This document shows, in pieces, positions 47,621-55,694 of a stretch of 64,000 bases of DNA. Origin of the DNA: an uncultured Rickettsiales bacterium (GTDB taxonomy: Bacteria; Pseudomonadota; Alphaproteobacteria; Rickettsiales; CANDYO01); assembly GCA_964627795.1 (NCBI GenBank), contig CAZVLF010000002.1:24576-88575 (forward strand), written 5' to 3'. The notes under the pieces are model-generated. The model was given only the letters and a program-made list of their open reading frames with translations, searched no databases and was not told the DNA's origin. Both the position numbers and the translations under genes were made by a program. Positions within the stretch are counted from its first letter, which is position 1; each line of letters opens with the position of its first letter.

Positions 47621-47646
47621 ACATTTTTTGAGGTAAAGGAAGAATT

Positions 47647-48456
47647 ATGGATTTGATTGAGCAAGCTAATAAAATTATTATCAAAGTGGGAGGGTCTTTT
47701 GTGGTAGATCCTAAAAGCTTAGATGTTAATTCATCCTGGATTGATAGTTTAATTGATGATATCCAAAATTTAATAAATAAAGGAAAAAGGCCAATAATTG
47801 TTACTTCAGGCTCAATTGCTCTTGGTTGTAGAATGATGGGTATAGACTTTGCTAAATTAAAACTTCAAGATAAGCAAAATTTATCAGTGGTTGGTCAGCA
47901 TGAGTTAGTAGAGCTGTATAAAAATAGTTTTGCTCGTTATAATACTAAAGTAGCTCAGGCGCTTATTACAATTGAAGATGTTGAAAATAGAAAACGCTTC
48001 GTATCAATTAAAACTACTTTAGATTATCTTCTTGAAAATAAAATTGTACCAATTATTAATGAAAATGATCTTATAGCGAATACTGAAATTAGGTTCGGTG
48101 ATAATGATAGACTTTCTGCAAGACTTGCCCAGATTGCTGGGGCTGATCTTTTGATAATGTTATCCCTTGTTGATGGGCTATATACAGATGACCCTAAAAT
48201 TAATTCAAAAGCAGATTTTATTTCAGAGATATATTCAATCACACCAGATGTTGAAACGATGGCAAGTGACTCTAAAGAAAAAACAGGTGGTATGTCTGCA
48301 AAAATTGTTTCAGCTAGAATAGCTCTTAATAGTGGGTGTAATGTTATTATAGGTAATGGTAAGTTTAATAATCCACTTAAAAGGATATTAGAAGGGGCTC
48401 GTTGCTCTAGGTTTATTAATGATAGCGAAGCTCCACAAAAATATAAATTAGGATAG
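47647..48456 (+). CDS. proB: Glutamate 5-kinase (short form, no PUA domain)
   Basis: 269 aa. IIIKVGGS and NENDLIANTEIRFGDNDRLSARLAQIAGADLLIMLSLVDGLYTDDP match ProB. The ORF ends before where a PUA domain would lie. Confidence 0.85.
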   Translation: MDLIEQANKIIIKVGGSFVVDPKSLDVNSSWIDSLIDDIQNLINKGKRPIIVTSGSIALGCRMMGIDFAKLKLQDKQNLSVVGQHELVELYKNSFARYNTKVAQALITIEDVENRKRFVSIKTTLDYLLENKIVPIINENDLIANTEIRFGDNDRLSARLAQIAGADLLIMLSLVDGLYTDDPKINSKADFISEIYSITPDVETMASDSKEKTGGMSAKIVSARIALNSGCNVIIGNGKFNNPLKRILEGARCSRFINDSEAPQKYKLG

Positions 48457-48464
48457 ATAATAAA

Positions 48465-48794
48465 ATGGTAAAAAATATTCAGATTGTAGAATTAAGAGAC
48501 ATTATTACAAAAACATTAGAAGAGCATAAAGCTGAAGATATTGTAGTTATTGATTTGAATGGTAAAACAGATATTGCTGAGTTTATGATAGTAGCAACAG
48601 GGCGTTCCTCTAGGCATGTTGCATCAACAGCAGATCATGTTATGGAGAAGATTAAACTATTAGAACTTCCTTACTCTATTGAAGGTATGTCAAATCCAGA
48701 ATGGGTTCTTATTGATATTTTAGATATAATGGTACATATTTTTAGCCGTGAGAAAAGGGAATTATATGCGCTTGAAGAGTTATGGCAAAGATAA
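48465..48794 (+). CDS. rsfS: Ribosomal silencing factor RsfS (iojap)
   Basis: 109 aa. DIVVIDLNGKTDIAEFMIVATGRSSRHV and VHIFSREKRELYALEELW are typical. Confidence 0.85.
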   Translation: MVKNIQIVELRDIITKTLEEHKAEDIVVIDLNGKTDIAEFMIVATGRSSRHVASTADHVMEKIKLLELPYSIEGMSNPEWVLIDILDIMVHIFSREKRELYALEELWQR

Positions 48795-49231
48795 TTATCC
48801 ACTCTATTGGTAAATTATCAGAAAATTCTCATGAAGGAAAAATATTATCTGAATATTTAAAGAGAATTCCTTGGAGCATGCAAATTATTCAATTAGAAAT
48901 AAAAGGAAAATTACCGATTGATAAGTTAAAAAATGCAGAGGCAGATTTAATTATTAAGTCAATTCCAAAAGGTAACTATATAATTTGTTTGGATGAAAGG
49001 GGAAATAATCTTTCAAGTGTTGAATTTGCTGAAACGATAAAATTAACTAATCAACCAATATCAATTGTTATTGGAGGAGCTTATGGCCTTTCAGATGATA
49101 TAAGGAAAAAGGCTGATTTAATTTTATCATTTGGTAGAATGACTTTACCCCATATGTTGATGAGAATTGTGTTGGTGGAGCAAATTTATAGAGCTTATAC
49201 AATAAATTCAAATCATCCTTATCATAAATAA
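48782..49231 (+). CDS. rlmH: 23S rRNA (pseudouridine1915-N3)-methyltransferase RlmH
   Basis: 149 aa, overlapping rsfS by 13 nt. It has a SPOUT fold with LDERGNNLSSVEFA, IGGAYGLSDD and LPHMLMRIVLVEQIYRAY. Confidence 0.85.
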   Translation: MAKIIIHSIGKLSENSHEGKILSEYLKRIPWSMQIIQLEIKGKLPIDKLKNAEADLIIKSIPKGNYIICLDERGNNLSSVEFAETIKLTNQPISIVIGGAYGLSDDIRKKADLILSFGRMTLPHMLMRIVLVEQIYRAYTINSNHPYHK

Positions 49232-49250
49232 ATTTATAAAAGTTATTTGT

Positions 49251-50144
49251 TTAAGCATTCATAACTTCAATAGAAATATTAATTAAATTATCATCTTCAT
49301 AATATAAGTAAATTCTAATCATATTTGTTATTTTTTCATGAAAATCTTCTAATTCTAAAAAACTATATATTTCTATTAAGCTTAGTTTATTAGTTAAGTT
49401 TGGATTCTTAATTATAAACCCAAGTTTGCAATTAAAAATATATTCAGTGGCTTTAGCTAAAATAGAGTTATTATTAGATATTAAATTTATTTTAAAGTAA
49501 TTTGCTAAATATGGTATTGCTTCAGAAAAATATTGTTGGTTATTAAGATTACTATCAAGGTTAGAAGCTTTTACTAGATCATTTTTAGCTAAAGCTTTTT
49601 CATCAATTTTTTTAAAAACCATTGCTCGATTAAGATATAGTCTTGCAGCTTGTTGGTGATAATTTAAGTGCTTGTTTTTAAGGTCTTCTATTATTTTTTC
49701 AAAATTATATTGTGGTTGCCAGTGAGGATGGCTTTCAAAGGAAGGGATTTTTTCTTCGGTAGCAAATTCTAAGAATGATATATAATTAGTGTATAGCCTT
49801 TTATATTCATTTTTTATAGTTTGATTGTTTTTTAACGATAAGGCTTCTATATTTGCATGATCTTGAAATATAGAAAAATCTAGTTGTTTCTCAGCCTCTT
49901 TAATCTTACCTTCATTAAATAATTTTTTTGCTAGTTGTAAATGAAAATATGATTGTTCAAAGTGAAAAAAACTATGAAATTTTTCAATTTTAGAGGTGGC
50001 ATGGTTGAGTAAATTTAGCTGCTCAGTTTCATTTTTAGCAAATAAAGAAAGATTGTTAAGAAATTCTATATTATTTTCTGAATGCTTGAAATTATAATTT
50101 TCTAAAAATAAGTGTTTATTTATTTCAATCTTCAATAAATTCAT
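49251..50144 (-). CDS. Hypothetical 297-aa helical protein with TPR-like segments
   Basis: The ORF's ATG (50144-50142) directly abuts the stop of the upstream MazG-like gene. It is TPR-like by eye (LAKKLFNEGKIKEAEKQL; ARLYLNRAMVFKKIDEKALAKNDL). Confidence 0.5.
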   Translation of the reverse strand: MNLLKIEINKHLFLENYNFKHSENNIEFLNNLSLFAKNETEQLNLLNHATSKIEKFHSFFHFEQSYFHLQLAKKLFNEGKIKEAEKQLDFSIFQDHANIEALSLKNNQTIKNEYKRLYTNYISFLEFATEEKIPSFESHPHWQPQYNFEKIIEDLKNKHLNYHQQAARLYLNRAMVFKKIDEKALAKNDLVKASNLDSNLNNQQYFSEAIPYLANYFKINLISNNNSILAKATEYIFNCKLGFIIKNPNLTNKLSLIEIYSFLELEDFHEKITNMIRIYLYYEDDNLINISIEVMNA

Positions 50145-50531
50145 TTATTTAGGGTCTAATTTTTTTGCTTCTTCCCATAATTTTAGCATAAATTCTGTAG
50201 TTTGGCCATGTAATGATTTTAAGTTATGATTTTTGGCAACTATTTTAAGGTTATCAATTCTTGTTCGAAATTTTTTATCTATTAGATCAATAATATCATA
50301 TAGGTTATAATTGTTAAAAATCGAAAGAGATATTACACAATGAAGCAAATCTCCTATTTCTTCTTTTATTCTTGCCTCTGATTCATTATCTTTAAAGGCT
50401 TGGTTTATTTCGTTACATTCGCTTATTGCTTGCTTGATAATGGCTTCATTATTAGGCCATTCAAAGCCAAATTCTATTGCATCCTTTTCGGTTCGAATGA
50501 TGCTATCAAGCAAAAATTTTTTGTTATCCAT
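50145..50531 (-). CDS. Small MazG-like nucleoside triphosphate pyrophosphohydrolase
   Basis: 128 aa. The EIGDLLHCVISLS helix and upstream E-rich helix (ECNEINQAFKDNESEARIKEE) resemble the all-alpha MazG/NTP-PPase fold. Confidence 0.65.
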   Translation of the reverse strand: MDNKKFLLDSIIRTEKDAIEFGFEWPNNEAIIKQAISECNEINQAFKDNESEARIKEEIGDLLHCVISLSIFNNYNLYDIIDLIDKKFRTRIDNLKIVAKNHNLKSLHGQTTEFMLKLWEEAKKLDPK

Positions 50532-50619
50532 AATAAGAAAAGAAAATTTTAAGTGAGATTGTTAATATTTTTTTAAGCTTTAAGTTATATAAAATAAGAG
50601 CAATGTTGTCAAAAATAAA

Positions 50620-50647
50620 ATGACAGACATCAGCAATCATGTATACT
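50620..50647 (+). promoter_or_regulatory. Candidate sigma70-like promoter for the virB3 operon
   Basis: ATGACA (50620-50625), a 16-nt spacer, then TATACT (50642-50647), about 85 nt upstream of the virB3 ATG. Such matches are common by chance in AT-rich DNA. Confidence 0.25.
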
Positions 50648-50733
50648 ATAAATTGCATAACATGCTAGAATATTTAACAAGAGTAGATTGATTTTTTTTA
50701 ATCAAATTCTTAAAGCTAAAATAGGAGGGATAA

Positions 50734-51030
50734 ATGGCGGAAACAGGTAGGCTTAAAATTGATCCTCTTTTCGTTGGGTTGACTAGGCCAACACTCTTAT
50801 TTGGTGTTAGCCAAATGTTTGTAATTTTTAATTCATTAGCTTGTATTGGATATTTTGTTCAAACAAGCGATTTAAGAGCGATGGGTGCAATGTTTTTAGC
50901 ACATATAGTGGGGTATATTTTAACAGCTAAAGAGCCATTATTTATTGAGCTATATATGGTTAAAATGCAGAAATGCAATAAATGTGTAAATAAGTTTTAT
51001 CATGGAGCAAATTCCTATGATATGCGTTAA
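50734..51030 (+). CDS. virB3: Type IV secretion system protein VirB3
   Basis: 98 aa, preceded by AGGAGG. DPLFVGLTRPTLLFGV followed by TM helices is typical of VirB3. It lies immediately upstream of virB4. Confidence 0.85.
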   Translation: MAETGRLKIDPLFVGLTRPTLLFGVSQMFVIFNSLACIGYFVQTSDLRAMGAMFLAHIVGYILTAKEPLFIELYMVKMQKCNKCVNKFYHGANSYDMR

Positions 51031-51039
51031 GGGGCTTTA

Positions 51040-53454
51040 ATGTTGGATATAGCAAAATATAAGGTTGCAAAGCAAAATTATGCAGATAAGGAATATCCTA
51101 CATCTTATTTTATCCCTTACCTTTGCCATTATAATAGCAATACTATACTAACCAAAAAAAAAGAATTAATGCGCATCATTAAGGTTGGTGGTTTTTCTTT
51201 TGAAACAGCTGATGATGAAGATGTAGATACTAAAAAAGATATGTTAAATCTTCTTCTAAAAGGTTTCCAAACGGGAGGGTTTTTACTTTACTTCCATACA
51301 ATTAGAAGGAAAGCAGATATTGTTACTAATCAAGTTTTACCAATCGATCCTAATATAAAAATTCCTAAAAGCTTTGCTGATTATGTGGAACAAGAATGGC
51401 GAAAGAAGTACGCTAGAAAGCAAGCATTTGCAAACGAAATATATATTACAGTAATAAAAAGGCCTGAAAACCAAGGTGTTGCTGCCCTTGAAGCTATGTT
51501 AAAAAAACTTCAAGCAACGGCCGATAAAGCAGTTTGGGAAAATGAGATTAGAGATGCGTTTGAAGAACTTGAAGAAGCAACAGGAAGGGTTATTAGTACT
51601 CTTAGAGAATATTCTCCTGAATTGTTAGGAGTTGTAAACACTTCTGAAGGAACTTTCTGCGAAATGCTAGAATTTTTAGGTAAATTAGTTAATTGTGGAA
51701 TGGCAAGTCCAACTTTAGTTCCTAATATCACAATAGATAAATATTTGCCAACAACTAGACTTTTTTTTGGAAATAAAGCAATTGAGGTAAGAGGAGCTGA
51801 AAAAAGTAGGGTAGCAGGAATACTTAGTATCAAAGAGTATGGTCCTACAAGTAACGCAGGAATGCTAGATGGTTTGTTACAAATGCCTTTTGAATTAATT
51901 ATCTCTCAGTCTTTTGCATTTTCTAACCGACAAGCGGCAATAGCTAAAATGCAGCTACAACAAAATAGAATGATTCAAGCTGGAGATAAAGCAGTATCTC
52001 AAATTGCAGAGATTAACCAAGCATTAGATATGGCAATGAGTGGTGAAATAGCTTTTGGCACTCATCATTTAACCGTTTTATGTATAGAAGATGATTTAAA
52101 AATGCTAGAAAGTGTTGTTTCTATGGCATCAGTTGAAATACAAAATTGCGGAGCTCAACCGGTTAGAGAAAAAGTTAGTATGGAACCAGCTTACTGGGCT
52201 CAGTTACCTGGAAATGATGATTTTATAGTTAGAAAATCAACCATTAATAGCCTTAACCTAGCTGGTTTTGCCTCAATGCATAATTATCCAACAGGGAAAG
52301 ATAGAGGAAATCACTGGGGAGATTCTGTTACAGTTTTTGATACAACCTCAGGCACTCCTTATCATTTTAATTTTCATGTTCGTGATGTTGGGCATACTTT
52401 AATTATTGGTCCAACTGGGGCTGGTAAAACTGTATTAATGAACTTTTTATGTGCAATGGCACAAAAATTTAGATGTAGAATGTTCTTTTTTGATAAAGAT
52501 AGAGGAGCTGAAATATTTATTAGAGCTTTAGGTGGGGTATATACAGTTATTGATCCTGCTAAAAAATGTAACTTTAACCCATTTCAACTTCCAGAAAATG
52601 GTGAAAATAAAACTTTTCTTCTTGAGCTGCTTAAGCTTTTAGTCACAGTTAATGGAGAATCTTTATCAGCAGAAGATATTATGGCTCTTAGCCAGGCAGT
52701 TAAAGGCAATTTTAAATTAGCTCCCAAAGATAGGAAATTGGCTAATATTGTTCCATTTTTAGGGATTGAAGGCCCAGGTAGTTTAGCAACCAGGATTTCA
52801 ATGTGGCATTCAAAAGGTTCACATTCAAATGTTTTTGATAATGAGGTTGATGCATTAGATTTAAGTAATTATCGTATTTTTGGTTTTGAAATGGCTGAAT
52901 TACTTAAGGATACAATGTGTTTAGGGCCGGTTTTATTATATATTTTCCATCGTATAAATATATCATTAGATGGAACCCCTACTATGATAGTTTTAGATGA
53001 AGCATGGGCTTTGATTGATAACCCTGTTTTTGCTCCAAAAATAAAAGATTGGCTAAAAGTTCTAAGAAAGCTTAATACTTTTGTAATATTTGCTACTCAA
53101 AGTGTTGAAGATGCTAGTAAAAGTGCTATCAGTGATACACTTATCCAACAAACTGCGACCCAGATATTTTTGCCTAATCTTAAAGCTACACAGGTTTATA
53201 GAACTGCTTTTATGTTATCGCAGCGAGAATATATTTTAATTAAAACTACAGATCCAAGTAGTAGATATTTCTTAATAAAGCAAGGAGTAAGCGCTGTAGT
53301 TGCAAGGATTGATCTTAGAGGCATGACAGACATTATTAATGTTTTATCAGGAAGAACGGAAACTGTGCTTCTTTTAGATCAACTAAGAAAAGAACATGGA
53401 GATAATCCTGAAGAATGGTTACATCTTTTTTACGAAAAGACGAGAAAAAAATAA
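51040..53454 (+). CDS. virB4: Type IV secretion system ATPase VirB4
   Basis: 804 aa. Walker A is GPTGAGKTV, Walker B IVLDEAW, and FATQS is present. The layout is collinear with VirB4/CagE. Confidence 0.95.
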   Translation: MLDIAKYKVAKQNYADKEYPTSYFIPYLCHYNSNTILTKKKELMRIIKVGGFSFETADDEDVDTKKDMLNLLLKGFQTGGFLLYFHTIRRKADIVTNQVLPIDPNIKIPKSFADYVEQEWRKKYARKQAFANEIYITVIKRPENQGVAALEAMLKKLQATADKAVWENEIRDAFEELEEATGRVISTLREYSPELLGVVNTSEGTFCEMLEFLGKLVNCGMASPTLVPNITIDKYLPTTRLFFGNKAIEVRGAEKSRVAGILSIKEYGPTSNAGMLDGLLQMPFELIISQSFAFSNRQAAIAKMQLQQNRMIQAGDKAVSQIAEINQALDMAMSGEIAFGTHHLTVLCIEDDLKMLESVVSMASVEIQNCGAQPVREKVSMEPAYWAQLPGNDDFIVRKSTINSLNLAGFASMHNYPTGKDRGNHWGDSVTVFDTTSGTPYHFNFHVRDVGHTLIIGPTGAGKTVLMNFLCAMAQKFRCRMFFFDKDRGAEIFIRALGGVYTVIDPAKKCNFNPFQLPENGENKTFLLELLKLLVTVNGESLSAEDIMALSQAVKGNFKLAPKDRKLANIVPFLGIEGPGSLATRISMWHSKGSHSNVFDNEVDALDLSNYRIFGFEMAELLKDTMCLGPVLLYIFHRINISLDGTPTMIVLDEAWALIDNPVFAPKIKDWLKVLRKLNTFVIFATQSVEDASKSAISDTLIQQTATQIFLPNLKATQVYRTAFMLSQREYILIKTTDPSSRYFLIKQGVSAVVARIDLRGMTDIINVLSGRTETVLLLDQLRKEHGDNPEEWLHLFYEKTRKK

Positions 53455-55694
53455 TGGCTTTTTTAAGAATTCTATTTTGCTATTTAGTAATTTTTTTTGC
53501 ACTTACTCCCCATGCGCGAGCTGATATGTTTGATGACGATTCCTGCGTGCAGGGACAAAGTATTATAAATAAGCTATTAACTAATTTTGGTTTGGGATTA
53601 TTTACTAATATAAGTGGCCAATTTCGTATGGATGGAGCTGGATCCACTCCCGATGAAACTAAATGTAGTCCTGATTATTATCCCACAAATTGTAGTGGCA
53701 CTTCTTGCAGTGGGGATGGCGTAATGCATGATTCAAAATCATGTGTATCATGTAAAAACTCGAATGGACAAAATGTTAGTTGTGCTAATAGCTGTAACAT
53801 ATCCCATCCAACTGGTTGTACAAATGGTTATACATGTGCAAGTGATTGTGATGGTGCTGGCGCAGTTAAGATATGTTATAAATATTATAATTTTAGCCCA
53901 CTTGGACTGCTTCAAGAACAGGAAGATTGTAATTGGGCAAGAGATGGATGGAGTAAATTTTATTTCTTTCCAATGGCAAGTCTTAGAGTAGTTAAGCAAG
54001 GTGATAAGCTATGTGCACAAACATGGACTATGATGGGGTTTCAGTCTATTGGTTGTAAATATCTTCCTGATTGTTCAAGTTTTGCAGTGGATAGTAATTG
54101 TTATGTAGCTGAGGCTTGTTCTTATGGTGGATATGTTCATTCACGCTCATTAATAGCAATGACCTCAATGATAATTGAATGTATAAATGAGAGCCTGGCA
54201 TTACTTTTTGTTAATACAAATAATTGTGGAGATTCAACAAGCTATAAAACAAATTATTTCCCCGTTTTTCAAGCTGCAATGAGAAAGGCAATTAAAGCGG
54301 CAATAACTTTATACTTTGTTTTATGGGGAATTAAGCTTGCAATTTCAGGGGAAGTTTTAAGCAAGGGAGAATGGTTTACTTTTGTAGGAAGATATATTTT
54401 AGTTATATATTTTTCAGTGGGGATTTTAACCAAATATGATACTAATGGAAATCCAGTTTACTCTGATGGTGTTACTACTATAATGCTCCCCTTATTTAAA
54501 GATGGAGCCACAGACTTATCCAACATGGTATATTCATCAGGTGGTGTAACAGGCTTATGTGATTATACAAAAGTTAGTTATGAGAGTGGATATCAATATT
54601 TATCATTATGGGACAGCTTAGATTGTAGAATATTATATTATTTAGGTTTAGATTTAAGCAGATTAGCTAATGTAACAGAAGCAGTTGGAGTTTATGGGAT
54701 CTTATCCCTATTAGCTCCTCCTGTTATGTTAACAATGTTACTGCCTGCCTTATTTTCTTTCCAAATAATCTTTTTCATTTTTTGTGTTATATTTGTGGTG
54801 TTCGTTATTTCGATAATGATATATTTCGTAAATATTTTGGTACTAGCAACAGTTGCTATCCATTTACTTGTTTATATGTGCCCTATCTTTGTGCCTATGG
54901 CCCTTTTCCCTCCAACAAAATCATATTTTGATGGCTGGTTAAAGTTGTTAATTTCATATTCATTGCAGCCCATGATTGTTGCGGCTTACATGGCCATGAT
55001 GATGACTATATTTGATAATGTAATGTTTGGAGATTGTTCATTTCAAGATAGGAGCATTAAGCTTAAAAATGTAGGAACATATGATAAGGAAATACCTTAT
55101 TTTATGCTTTGCGACCCTTGGGAAACTTCATGCCCGGGAGGAACTAACACTTCGTTAACCAAATGTAGTGAAACAATAGGTTATCAAGTTAATCCGGTCA
55201 AATCTGGACAAAGTATGACTCAAAATATTTCAGCTTTGTTTTTTAATATAACAATACTTAAACCTTCGGTTGTAGGAAATATGCTGTCAGGGTTAATCAC
55301 ACTCTGTTTATTTGCATATTTATTTTATAAATTTGCTGAAGTATTAAGTGAATTTGCAGCAGAGATTACTGGTGGAACTAACTTAGGTAAGCTAGCAGGA
55401 AATCCAATGGCTGTAGTGGATAAAGGAGTTAAGCTCGTTAAAGCTGCAGTTAAAGCAGCCAAAGCCTATGCTAAATATCAAATGGGTGATATGCAAGGAG
55501 CTGCAAAAGATGGACAAGAAGCAGCTAAAGATGCAAAAGATGCTCTTAGTAGCGATGAAGGAGGAAAGAAAAGAGAAGGAGGCCCTGGTGATGGGCCTGG
55601 TGCTCCAGGTGGAGAAGGAGGTGGAGCTTCAAAAGATCCTACAGGTGGCAGTGGAGGTTTAGATAAAATTATGGGTAGTTTAGGTAAAAAATAG
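53454..55694 (+). CDS. virB6: VirB6/TrbL-like T4SS channel protein, copy 1 (Cys-rich N-domain, Gly/Pro-rich tail)
   Basis: I prefer ATG 53454 (MAFLRILFCYLVIFFALTPHARA signal peptide), which overlaps the virB4 TAA by 1 nt. It has a polytopic core with the FPPTKSYFDGWLKLLISYSLQP motif shared by the next two ORFs. Confidence 0.85.
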   Translation: MAFLRILFCYLVIFFALTPHARADMFDDDSCVQGQSIINKLLTNFGLGLFTNISGQFRMDGAGSTPDETKCSPDYYPTNCSGTSCSGDGVMHDSKSCVSCKNSNGQNVSCANSCNISHPTGCTNGYTCASDCDGAGAVKICYKYYNFSPLGLLQEQEDCNWARDGWSKFYFFPMASLRVVKQGDKLCAQTWTMMGFQSIGCKYLPDCSSFAVDSNCYVAEACSYGGYVHSRSLIAMTSMIIECINESLALLFVNTNNCGDSTSYKTNYFPVFQAAMRKAIKAAITLYFVLWGIKLAISGEVLSKGEWFTFVGRYILVIYFSVGILTKYDTNGNPVYSDGVTTIMLPLFKDGATDLSNMVYSSGGVTGLCDYTKVSYESGYQYLSLWDSLDCRILYYLGLDLSRLANVTEAVGVYGILSLLAPPVMLTMLLPALFSFQIIFFIFCVIFVVFVISIMIYFVNILVLATVAIHLLVYMCPIFVPMALFPPTKSYFDGWLKLLISYSLQPMIVAAYMAMMMTIFDNVMFGDCSFQDRSIKLKNVGTYDKEIPYFMLCDPWETSCPGGTNTSLTKCSETIGYQVNPVKSGQSMTQNISALFFNITILKPSVVGNMLSGLITLCLFAYLFYKFAEVLSEFAAEITGGTNLGKLAGNPMAVVDKGVKLVKAAVKAAKAYAKYQMGDMQGAAKDGQEAAKDAKDALSSDEGGKKREGGPGDGPGAPGGEGGGASKDPTGGSGGLDKIMGSLGKK

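Noticed and set aside
55645-55691. The C-terminal GGLDKIMGSLGKK of VirB6 copy 1 was considered as another WH2-like motif.
   Set aside because: The spacing between the Ile, the Gly and the basic pair is shorter than in WH2 (L..I..G..LKK), and there is no preceding amphipathic helix. The resemblance is likely coincidental.
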